A DNA stretch of 62,900 bases from Priapulus caudatus (lineage: Eukaryota). This document shows, in pieces, positions 12,490 through 24,900 of this stretch. Location: NCBI RefSeq assembly GCF_000485595.1, contig NW_014577082.1, positions 800,477 through 863,376 of the forward strand, read 5' to 3'. A program made the position numbers and the translations under genes. How positions within the stretch are numbered: position 1 is the stretch's first letter; each line of letters opens with the position of its first letter. Below the pieces are notes generated by a model that was not told the DNA's origin, made no database searches, and saw nothing but the letters and a program-made list of their open reading frames with translations.

Positions 12490-12860
12490 TTACCATTTTA
12501 TTGCCACATTTGTTGCCAGAATTGTTGGTTATGGCTTCGTCTTCACAGTCGGAAGTGACGTATTGATCGACCAAAGCTATTTCCTAAGTCCGATTAATAG
12601 TTATTAGCACAAAAACAAACGAAAACAATAAAAATAAGCATCGATTTTACATTACGGCTATGCTCAATTAATATAGTAGCTAAACTATAGCGTTCCATAA
12701 ATTAAATAAATAATGTTAGTAAACCGCTACCACATTGCTCCTGTGTTAGTTTATGGGGGCGTTGTGGGATAGAAGTGATGGTCAGAGATAAACACAAGAG
12801 GCTTGAATCATCAGTTGATGTAAAGTTCAACTACGTTATAGTACTATAAGGTATAACACA
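12490..12860. promoter_or_regulatory. Probable bidirectional promoter and first non-coding exons of unc80 and tsg
   Basis: Minus-strand donor AAATG|GTAAGT at ~12493, plus-strand donor AAG|GTATAA at ~12851, and CGGAAGTGACGT (ETS-CRE composite motif) at 12550-12561 between them. Inferred, no transcript data. Confidence 0.5.
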
Positions 12861-12995
12861 AGGTGTTGTTACTAAAATGGTCTGAAAATTGTTAATTCCT
12901 ATTTAAGAGGTACCTTGTCACCTACAATAGGCATCGTCGTTATAAACGTTACAATAGGAATTAACAGAATCTAGAGTAAACAAAACAGCCAGGCA

Positions 12996-13271
12996 TAGCT
13001 CCAAGAAACGGTAGGCTCTAATCGGTATTGCTAGGGTTAGAATATTGTGTATTGACGTTATGTCAATGTTGTCGACGTATGTCAATGTTACGTTATGTCG
13101 TGAATAATGTGTATTGACGGTAGTCACACAGCCTGGTCGGGTTAAGCCAGGCATAGTCTAACCCAACCAGGCTGTGTGACTAACGTCAATACACCCGACC
13201 GAACGTCATACACCGAACGTCATATACCGACTACGGTATTCTAACCCTAGCAATACCGTTTCTTGGAGCTA
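12996..13271. mobile_element. Palindromic MITE, same family as 11658-12339
   Basis: TAGCTCCAAGAAACGG...GCTAGGGTTAGAATA / TATTCTAACCCTAGCAATACCGTTTCTTGGAGCTA. Confidence 0.7.
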
Positions 13272-14003
13272 GGCATAGTCTAGACATAGTATTAGTCATA
13301 CTCATAGACTGGGATATCGACTGAGATAGACTGAATATATCTTCTATATGAGTATATCTATGAGTCATACTCATAGTTGACTCATACTCATGGGTGTAGC
13401 CGTAGAGCATACCTATAGATTATATACAAACACGTGCTTGTATATATATCTATGCCTATTGTATACCCAACTCCCTATTTAGTATTAGTAATTAACCTAT
13501 ATTAATATAGACATGACAGCTATACACAGTCTCGGCATGTTATTGTATTATTGCTGTGATGTGTGTTGACAATTTTGGTGTTGTTGTCGTCGTTGTTGTT
13601 GTCATCTGGTTCAACTCTTCAACTTAGGGTGAGTGGTCATAATTTATAGACTTTCCAGGTATAAGTGAAACTCTGTTTTCACACTGTAATTCAATGGGTA
13701 GGTGCCATAGAGTTGTTACGGCTTTACAGGTTTTTGGCGTTTTAGTTGAAGTCCCCCTGGTGGTTTTGGTGGGGGTTTGCGTAGCATAGCGTGCACCACT
13801 GCATAGCCTGTACTTTTTCAGCATAATAATAAAATAAGGTTTTTACATTTGTTTATTTAAGTAGTGGTATCATCTTTAAGAGGTCACGTGCACAGGAATT
13901 TTTTAACTTTCCTTTTAAAACCACAACTTAAAACATTTATTGATGAGATGTAATTGAGTTTAGCAAGTGAAATTTCAGCAGAGACACTGCACATTTATTA
14001 CAG

Positions 14004-15882
14004 ATGATTGGAAGGTGCTACATTGTTTCTCTGCTATTGGCGGTGGCAGCCACATGTGCGGCAGCGGAGCTCTATGGTTGCAATGAAGCGGTGTGTGCAA
14101 GTGTCGTTAGCAAGTGCATGCTGCTGAAATCCTGTGAGTGTAATATGAAAGTTAACTGCACATGCTGCCGTGACTGCTACAAGTGTCTGCATGACTTGTA
14201 CACGGAATGTTGCTCCTGTGTTGGTAAGTGTTGCAAAGCTATTTACTAAAGTACGACATGTTTTGGGGGCTTACATTCTAAATAAATGGTTGAACAACAC
14301 TTGGTTGTTGTGAAATTTTGTGAACTTGGGGCATTTTTGTCCCATAACAGGGGTAAATAGAAAAAAAGGAGTGCAAGGCTAAATTATTAGAACTCCAAAG
14401 TTTGCTTTTTTTGTAACTTGAATGCTATCAATAGAGAATCTCTAATCATTTACTCCTGACGTCATAGCATAAATCATTCTACATTACAGAGAGCAATGCA
14501 GATAGCTTGAAGGGTAGCGCTCGCTTTTCCCAAGTTGCTTTATTATGCATGAATGTCCACATGCTAAAATCATTAACTGTTTCTGCCTTATATCTAGGAA
14601 TGTGTCCAAATGAAGCGAAAGTGATCGATAGGTTGAGTAAGAAAAGTTCTGTCGAGGATCTTAACGAGCCGATCCCAGACCTGTTCAATGTATTAACTGA
14701 AGAGGCTGATCACCTGCTGAGATGGGTGTCGATGAACTTCCCACAGCACGAAGACCTTGCCGTGTTCCAACCGGCAAGTCCTCACAGGGCGACCGCTGTT
14801 ATGGGTAAATTTTCCATGAATTAGCAATGCCACCGTGACCAGTCATTCGGGTGCCATGTCATGATGTGGTAAAACCGTGGTTTTACACTCTCGTATTTAA
14901 CATCCAATTGGCTGTTTTATAGCTAGTGTAAAATGGTGCAAAAAGATGTTTTGGTTTAGTTGAACTTAAAGCTTTTAAGCTGCTTGGGTAAATTATGTTT
15001 TTATGTAATTCTATTACCGATGCGAATTTTTTATTAACACGTTTTTATATTTATAGTACAGGCCTTGTTAAAATCTATATTGTATGCTAGCATAATCATA
15101 GTGATGCAATGTTAAATTGCCATTGAATTAACTTCAGTTGGTATAATAACAATGCCAGAGTACTTTAAAATAAGTAGTTATATATTAGTACATTATCTTG
15201 ATCAAATGCTGCAATTATGTCAAAGGCATGTATGATTAATTCGATTCCATATTCATAGTATTGGTCAACTTGATTTGTAGCGCTGTAAAATTATGAGAAC
15301 CACACAGCAAAGTAATGTGTGTTGGCTTGTACGTTACAGGTGATGTTAACTGTACTGCGGCCTTCATGAGTCAGTGCATGTCGCTGAATAAATGTAAAGT
15401 TTCCTGCTCGTCGATGGGTGCCAGTAAGTACCGTTGGTTCCACGATGGCTGCTGCGAGTGCGTCGGCCATACCTGCATCAACTATGGCGTGAATGTGAGC
15501 AAGTGCTTGCAGTGCCCGGCTGACAGAGACAGAGCCACAGAACATGAAGAAACAGAGTGAGTGGCAGCTATGGGAGGAGCAGTAGTAGTACAGGGTAGCA
15601 CATGTAGCAGTGATGGTAATGGTGAAGTACCCATAACACGAGTAAGACATACGTTAGTAAGGAGGGTGCAGCGGCAACAGGGGAGGGCGAGTGAGATAGC
15701 TGTGGCAGTCGTACTATCTGCAGCAAGAACCTAAATCCTGTTGTTATTGTTCCAGTAATACCTACCACATGCCCAGCGAAAGTGAAGGGCACGATGGAAC
15801 GTACACGGATGACATGTCCGAAGAACATGACAGCAATCAGCAGGAGGTTGGCGAACACTACACCCAAGAAGAAGACCCATGA
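14004..15882 (+). CDS. tsg: Twisted gastrulation (secreted BMP modulator); exons 14004-14223, 14598-14804, 15340-15556, 15756-15882 (256 aa)
   Basis: Signal peptide, then CNEAVCASVVSKCMLLKSCEC...CC..C..CL..LYTECCSCVGMCP; SSVEDL...PDLFNVLT; NCTAAFMSQCMSLNKCKVSCSSMGASKYRWFHDGCCECVG..CINYG. GT-AG junctions are phase-consistent (1,1,2). Exon 4 is less certain; without it the ORF stops at 15560. Confidence 0.95.
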
Positions 15883-18800
15883 TACTAACAGTACGAGGCA
15901 CTGAGGTGCTAGGAACATTAAGTTATTTTACTTCAAAGACAGCTATATTGAAATATTACCCTAGCTTCCTGTAAATGCCATTAAAGTGCCTGACACCTAG
16001 TGTGAACACGGGGGGTATAGTGATGGGTGTCAAAAGATTGGTACAGGTAATGGTACCGTGTCTGTCATTGCTTGTTCCTCTTGACACCATCTAGTGTATG
16101 GAAAATATTTTATCAATTTATATTTTTTGTAGCAATGCGCAAACTGTTTTGAGTACATTTTATATTGTGTCTAACATAGTAAACAATTTTTATGATGAAG
16201 ATATTTCAACTCATAACAGTTTTATATAAACGTAAATGCATCTTTTAATGCACAAGTGGTATTTGAGAAACCAGGGATATGTCCCCTTGCAGCATGGTAT
16301 TTCATACGAGTACATTGTAAGGTGTGACAAATCATGAGAAAGGGACATTTATTGTCGACACTAGTATTTTACATACTCTTAGTTTTTGTGTTAAAAAGCT
16401 ATGTAATTGTTGAAAGTATAGTAGAGCTCATGGTAAAGATGATTTTGTAATCTATCGCTATGCAGATATACCATCTGTATTATTTGAAATGTAGTTGAAA
16501 CCATTTTGAAGGGGATTTTGATGTTGATTAGTAAATGTAATTGTATCTTGCCGAGTAACGCTTGTGCCACACTGTGAGAACTCATGATTTATATTAAAGT
16601 GGGTTCATGCATGCATGCGTAATGACTCACTGTGTCGAACGATGCAAATAGCTATTTTTGTTTGGGGTAACCACTCATCACGTTAAAACCATGCTAGCTA
16701 GTTTTTTTTATTATATTAGGCTGTGTGTAATGTGCTAAGCACGCAGCAAATCAGGAAAGAAAAATGCCGCAACCCACCCCGAAAACTGGGTCATGCCACT
16801 CTAAACTAGAACTTCCTGGCTCCCTCTCTGTATAAACTTTATATTGCAACTTGCTCAGATGTAGGCGCATAGTTTTAAGCAGTAGTGATACCGTCCACTT
16901 TTACCACGAAGCAGGTTGTAATTGGGTTGATGCAATTAGTGGTTCTGAGAAAACTGGGAGATCTGAGGCGGATATATATTGGTGAATTTTCTTGTAGAAG
17001 TTGCATCATATTTTGGTGCATCAATGTCAACTAGAATGAACAGTAGTGTCGTAGCTCATACAAAATACTCAGTAGTTCAGATGTATTTATGAATTTTTTC
17101 CATCAGTTATATACATATGCACGTTTTCTACACTATCTATAAAGCCAATTACACGATACTAAGTAGGTGTAATATCAGATTCGTGGTGAGAAATGTGGGT
17201 TTGTACGTGATGCAAAGTTCACAATGAAAAGTGTGGTCTCGTATTTTGTCAGTATAAGCAGTATTTGTACAGTCTTGGGAATATATTTGAATAATACACT
17301 GTATGGAGAAGTGTTGTAGTAAATAATTTTCGTGTATGAATCATATGCGCATATGCCATGCAGACACATGTAAACCCTAGCCAATATCGTGCAGCAATGT
17401 TGGCCCGATTAAAAACATTATGTCTATAGCTGATACAACAAGATACAAAGAAAAAGACATTCTTTCAGCAAAAACAATTCATAAGCATAAAACTTTCTTT
17501 TTCAAAAGCACACGTTGAAGAGTACAATGTCAGCATTACATTCAAGATGTGGCTGATGGCATTTTTTTAAGTCTGAAGCAGATGTTGAAAAAAACACGCA
17601 TGACATAAATCTCACTCAAGTTTAAAACAGCTGGAGTGTTACACTTCATGAGCTTGCATTGCATTCTCCTATGTCCGTTCATATCAAAAGTAGAAAAATG
17701 GTCAACCAATTATTAAAATAGGTCTAACTGCCATAATTAAAATTTAATTGAGTTTGCAACCATAACCACACTACCTTTAGCAGTAGCATGGCCACAATTA
17801 GTTCTAGCTCATTAGCAGAGCAGCGTCTCTAGCCGTAATATGCAGGTAGATAGAGAAGTGTAGCTTACTGCTAGCCACGAACACACCAACACGTTCTAAC
17901 ACATGAATAAGAATGATAACGCATCGTCATTGAATTTCGACGAAACATTCAGCACTCGCTCCCCTAGGGAGCAACCAGAATCCGCTTCCATTCCATGCTG
18001 GACGTCACATAAAGAGTCATCGTGTCTTATTCCATAGGAGAGAATAAGTTTTGTGGGTGTCTTTATTTTGAGTCGAGCCCCAACGCGTGTGTGTGATTAT
18101 ATAATGAAGCGAACGAGTACCTGCTCTTCAAACTCCTTGTTGCCTAACAACTGTTGCCTGCGATCGTAGAGTCATCAGTTTGTCAAGGTCATACACTAGA
18201 ATACTGAAGCTACAAGTCTGGTCGCTCACTAATGAGTATCAACTACATGCTGTCGTGAACTGCTGTTCCGCCAAGATAGTAAAGGATAACAACCTTAAGT
18301 ATATGGAATAGAGTGAGTATGCTAAGAGGCACGCCTAAGCGATGGGATGAACGACAGCCCATAGTCTTCGCCGCAGACAGGCAAGTAAGCAACGCGCTTT
18401 CTGAAGTACAAGTCATCAAGTGCGTATAGAGAGAGGTACATCATCCTGAGTCACGTATGGATCTCGTTCATTAAAGCCGAACGCATTACTCACAATGTTC
18501 GGACAACGACTTAATTCTGACTTTAGAAAACAACATGGTAAAATAGGTGGACATGAGCTGCGCCATTATATCCTAATTTGCACCTTGAGCTTGATCTTGA
18601 CCACACCAACCTTCACATGACCTGGTCACTACTACACAGCTCTCTACAACCCTGATCATACGTCAGATTCTGAAGTGGTTACTGCGCCGCTAGACATAGG
18701 CAGTGGCACGCAAAGTTTTGTTACTCCTTGAACAAGAAGAAAATGCGGTGGCTAGGCAAGCACGCGAGAGCCGTGTAAGTGTGCACACCTTAACCGACCA

Positions 18801-19282
18801 CACTAAAGTACTAGACTACAAACACATTTTGCTATCATCGAATACAAATAAACTTTGGCATGGCATTTTGAATATCGCATAATGATAATACCGCGTGATA
18901 CGACGCACGAGATTGTCGTCTCTACCTCTCTCCCTCCATTCACGGGGTTTAGATGAGCTACAGTAGTGTCTCCGCTAGTGAAAACAAACACCAACGCCCG
19001 CATCAAATAATCCTGGACGCCTGTATTTTACAAATGCTTACACGCATTCCCCGTGAAAGGCTGACGAGTGTCTATCTTGAGTTATAGACGGTTACAGTAA
19101 GACATTAAGTAACGGGGTGCCGACTATTTCCGTGCTATCATCCGCGCAGGTTTTTTAGCAGACAAATCTCTTGCCAACCCTCATCAACCAGAGCTGATCT
19201 AATGAACTCCATGCGAACTGGTAAGTTTAATAGCATCACTTTAACATCCGCCAGCTGATATATATTAAAACTTTAATGCCGA

Positions 19283-19620
19283 GCGTCAGACGCACGCGGG
19301 TGTGTGTGCGCGCGCGCGTGCGTGCGTGTCTGTGTGCTGTGCGTGTGTGTTGTGCGCACGCGTGTGTGTGTGTGTGCGCGCGCGCGTGCATGCGCGTGTG
19401 CGTGTGTGTTGAGACCATTTCGTCACAACCTCGGAGAGATGGGCTGCCAGGAAACAGCTGGACGAACGAAAATAATAGGCAGGTACACTGCTCGCCTTGC
19501 CCACATCGTTAAGATGGCACCTTCTTCGAAGATACATTGCCCACCTCACTACCCAGTGAATGCCACTGCCAGTGTACGCGCATGCTGTGTGTGCGTGCGT
19601 GCGTGCGTGTGCGTGAGTGC
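19283..19620. repeat. (GT)/(GC) microsatellite patches
   Basis: Seen directly at ~19290-19410 and ~19585-19620. Confidence 0.7.
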
Positions 19621-21972
19621 GTATGATGGGGGCGAAGCCATGATTCTGATGCCTGAGGAAATTGTAGTAATTGGTGTAGACATTTGCCATGCATTATCGT
19701 GGACCCCTTACACATTCTAATCACATTTATGAATTACTTATTTGTTACTCTCATGGTACCAACTGATGAACATACGAATGAGTTATAACTGTAGGAAAAG
19801 CACAGGAAAGATGCAACAACAGCATCCTCAACACATTACCGCTCAGCTGTCGCCGCAGTTTCACAGAAACACGGCAGGTTTTTACCGAAACCCCGAAGAT
19901 GGCTGTAGAACCATAAACAGACGATGTTGTGCGGCGCACCTACATAATATAAAGTTATACGGCTAATATAAAACCAGGAAAACGATACACTGACAGAAAT
20001 GTTATCGTACGCAGAGCGTTATACGGGCATCGTTATGCGCTTCAGACATGAGCAATTTACTTTCTGTACTGTACTCTGTCACGAACCGAGCTCATTCTGC
20101 CTCTGCGTACGCACACATGTACCGCTGTAGCAGTACGAACACTGCCTTTCTCTGCGGCGATCACCCAATAGTAGTAGGCCAATACTGTCCCGAAGATACA
20201 CTTGCAATTGCATCAACTAAGATGACGGTGTATACGTATTTACTTCCAGAAAGTACGGTTGATGCAAACCCTAAACCAAAGGCCAGAGATCCCAGACGAT
20301 ACAAGAAAGATACCATTTTTTATATATAATCATTTGAGTTATCGTATTGAAATCAGTACACTCATATAGGAAAGCATATGAACCTGTAGACCCAAGCTAG
20401 GTATGCTATATCTTCTGTCAATGCCTAGCAGAAATTTCGATGAAATATTTCAACCTGCTAAGTCTTTTGTGCAGTTTTTTTTGTCAATCTAATCTTGGTG
20501 TACATGATTGTCTACTGATAAATGGCATGATAATTGGATGTGTGCTACGCTAATGTTACATTAAAATGAAATCTAGCACCGAGTGTATGAGCTCATGGTG
20601 ACGTGTACCTAGCAAGGAATTCTCTGGACTGCTTAATTTCTGTGATGCAATGGAAAAACGTTCGACTCCATTGATCCTTTCTATATCACCAGCTACAGAA
20701 ACATTAAACCTTAACCATACTCTACTTTTAGATGTGTACACGTGCTTCCGAGATATTAGAATGAATCACACTTGATAACTGGTGATTAATCGCACTGGCA
20801 GACTGCATTAGGGATACATTGAGGTTTGCTGATTGATCTCGTTTATCTTCTTATCTAGCACGTAATTACCCTCTTCACAGATGTATTCCACCTTTACAAT
20901 CGTCTAGACACGTCACTTATGTCTTCCTGTTTTCAACCTCAAACTGGACTTCACCTTGGCACTCAGAGAGACTCTAATATATATTGCCATAACACAGCCG
21001 GGTGAATACAATCGTAATGCTACGCACAACCTTTTAACGCTAGTACTAAAATCAGTCAGTATATATTTAACGATACACCCACCCAAACAAGAACTTGCAC
21101 GAGTCTGAGCACAGCTCGTACTCTCAAGGTTACAGCCAGTCTCATAGACCGACCTGTCATACACACAGCGAGTCCCACAAACTACGAATACGTCATCGTG
21201 TCAGCTCGTCTGCATGTGATCACGCAAATTCTCATAATGAAAACAACATCCGCGGGATGGCAAACACAAGGGTGCAGGGTTAGGTGGATGCTTTAGATTG
21301 GCCTGTTTCACCACATCGACCAACGAAATGAATAGGTTACCCTATAATCAGACCCCGATATTCACAAAAAACATTCACTCACAGTTCCCCATGTACTCTC
21401 TGCCATAAAAAAATTGATGCCAAAAATTATTCAGCCCAATGCACGTTGAGAGAATACGATGTAACGTAAGCTCCCTAAACTACTCACTACACCTACGTCG
21501 ATCAGGTATTAACTAAGCCAGACCGAGCTATGACTCACCAGAGGAGAAACTGCGCCGCCAGCGGTGGGTCTACTACTACACGGGGAACCGTGATATATAT
21601 TCTCATCACGTGATCACAGTACAGCGACTGTGACCACTCTATAGCGATTACGACACCGAATTGCATGCGTACGGTTCTACGCACAGAACCAACACACGTG
21701 GAGTGGGGGACAACGATTCATTTTCGTTAACGCGTACCTACACGCAAACACACACAGAATAGATAAGAGATTATTCAAGGCATATAACGTGAGGATCAAC
21801 ATGGGTATGTTGCATACCCACACAGTCTACGTGTTCATCTTTAGCACACAAGTAAAATTACGATGTAAAAAAATGGTGCAGAGATATGGTGGCAAGTAAG
21901 GCATAGCAGTCCCGTGCAAAATATAGGCGCAGGATAGCAAAGGATAGCAAAGAAAACTGCATCCTAAGACGA

Positions 21973-24900
21973 TCAGGTTAGCTGGCCAAATGAAGTCGGC
22001 AAATAAGTAAAGCCACCCTGTGGTAGTTCGTTCTGTTGCCACGGTGTGGAGCCACTGGCGTCTACGGCACCTGGCATCAAGCCAGGACTTGCTGTGACTC
22101 CAGTCTTTCCCCATACTTGCTGTGGGGGCCACGTGTTAGTCGACTTGGCTTCCTGCAACAAAACAGATCTGTCATGCAGCTTACAATAATTCATTCTCAT
22201 AACTCCGCTAGACAACAGAGCCACAGGTCAACGATTCGATCAAGATTCATAGAGACATACGAACTATCTACTAGTTCATTGCGTTCATTCTTGTGAAGAA
22301 TGTACAATTTACATTTATTGCTTCGAGTCTTACTCTTAGCAGGGTACAAGTGTACAAAGATCTTACCATTCTCAAGTCGTCGACGCTCTTTCGTCTCACC
22401 AACTCCACAGGCCCCTCACCGATTCCATCGCTGCTGCTGTGACGTCTACTTGTAAAAGAGAATGGGTAATTGATAATTGCCATGCCAAACTACTCAATTA
22501 GGTGGTTTTTTACACGAATTCTAATTGCATTCTGCGCCATTCGTCGTTTGTCTGACCGCTACGAATCTACCGGTAGACACGCAGGCCGCACCTTCTATGA
22601 CTGCCAGCAGCCAGTAGGTCTGGTCCAGCCAGGATTCCAGCCACCGCGAACACGTCACCGTCATGGCCGTTGTACGATGACGTCTCGTCACTCGAGCTGC
22701 CACTGTCTTTGTCCTTCTCCTGCCCGCTGCCAGCCAAGCTTCCTGCCCAGTGCTGGCTACTGCAACGGCAAGCCAACACCCCCATGCAACTGTAACTTAG
22801 TCTGACCCCACTGAAGCATTCACAAATTACTATCATTAACCTTGTGAAATTATATTAATTTGATGAAACATGAAATGTGATGAGATTATCAAAACGGGTT
22901 GGAACTCCCTATCAAAAAGCAGGATACAAAAGAGACAAGTGCATACAAAAATAGTATGATGCCAACCAAAAAAGCTCACTTTTGGTGTGTCCCTTGACTA
23001 ACTGTTATATACAAGCTTGCTAATTGTATTTACAAAGTGATTTAAATGTTTAGCAATGCAACTTATTGCAACGGTTTGAAATGCAACTTATTTAACAACA
23101 GTGGCGAGCCAAACCGACTACAGCACAGTTAGAGAAAGCTTTGAGCTTCCACCATGTCAGCAGATGACCATGTAGTTGCACTAGTAGGATTGCAAAAAAC
23201 ATACTTTGGTTGTGGCGTCCATATCTTCTGAGGGTCGAGACTCCCAGGGTGGGGCCACTGGAAGAGTGACTGGTAGAATTGGTTGCCGTATGGATGACCG
23301 CTGGTCAGTGTCATGTGCTGGACCGATTTCATGTACTGCTGAAACTCCATCTGTAAAAAACACACAGAACATTCACTCAGCATTTGCTCATCCCACACGG
23401 AAACAAAAGCAGGTGCATGTAAACGTTTGAGACCTTCTTAAAATTGAATTCAATTTATTTAGTTAAATCATGGCGGCACTAATAATAATCAACTAAATAT
23501 CCAATACACAGGAATCTCGCGAGCGAACTCTCGACTGCACTCATCAGATGCTTACACGGCAACAAAAGCAGGTGCATGTAAATGTGTGCGTGACCTTCTT
23601 AAAATTGAATTTATTCAAGTTGACTTCAATTTATTTAGTTAAATCATGACGGCACTAATATAATCAACTAAATATCCGATACACACGAAACTCGCGAGCG
23701 ACCCTCGACTGCATGTCGGATGCTCACCTGTTCGTTCGAGCTCTCGCCGCCGCCGCCGCCTCCGTACGCCCCGTAGGGGTCGTCACGCTGCGGCATGCGT
23801 GGCCACGTCTGCCGGCCGGGATCCGGCGGCTTCGTGGCAACTCCCAGCTCTCGCTTCCTCATCTCAGCACTCCTGTTACTGTACGACGTCGCCAGCGTGC
23901 GATGTCTGAGCATGATCTCGCTCGGCCGAAAGCCGTCCTGCCGACGATTCATGCATCGTTACTTCGCACTAATTAAGCTGCATGCCACGAATCTCGAAAA
24001 ATCAGTCACATTATGCGAAATATTTGGCATAACTATAAACTGGTATGTGCATTCTAGTCCTATTTATTATTCGTTTTCTAGTCTCATCTAGTTTTGATAC
24101 AATTAATTCAGTTGCGTAGCAATGTCAAACCTGTGTTAACTGATACCAATTCGATCCTACTAAGAGTGGAGTGTGTAGGCAACCCTCACCTTCTCCTTTC
24201 TCCTCCAGCTTCTTCCTACCCTTTCTCTTCTCATTCACCACTACCTTCTCTATTCTTATCTCCCTCCACCTCTCACTCCCTCCTCGTCCACCATACTTAT
24301 CTCCTCTCCTTCTCTTTTCCATACGATTTCTCAGCATCTTCCTTACCTTTTACCAGATTATCAGCCAACTTGTCCCTTTCTTCCCCACTCATTCCAGCCT
24401 CCCTCCAGCTTCCCCTCTCTGGCGTCTTGACCCTCTCCTTCTCCTTCCTAGCATATCTCTCCCTATTTTATTCTGAACGTTTCCCCGACCTCTTCTACTT
24501 TCACCCTCTATATACAACCTCCCCTCTCCTTCTTCACCATCTTCCCCTGCCTTCACCTCTCCATTCTCTCCCTTAGAGTGGAATACTTAATCATAAAGTA
24601 GGAAACAAAGCAATAATATGCATCATGACAAATGTCTTACACGTCAAAAATTTAAAACAGCTGTCAACCTGTATAGAAGAGCCACCTGTTCATATAGACC
24701 ATTCATTGCGCTCCCTAATGAGTGGCTGTTATACACAGATTTAACTTTATACATACATATTATATATATATTAATATTTATTTACCGAACTCTGCAGCTC
24801 ATGCTCTGGTATATTCTCCATCTGACATCCTAAGTACTGTGGGTACTGAGGCTGTTGCCCACGGCAACCAGAGAGAAAGTCAATCACATCCTGGATCTCA

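Noticed and set aside
15558..15735. Stop-codon readthrough or selenocysteine at the tsg TGA
   Set aside because: The TGA lies within a consensus splice donor with a phase-matched downstream exon; no SECIS recognised.
23129..23204. Extension of GARRE1 exon 6 to a stop at 23129
   Set aside because: A strong donor AA|GTATGT at 23205 links in phase to the conserved downstream exons.
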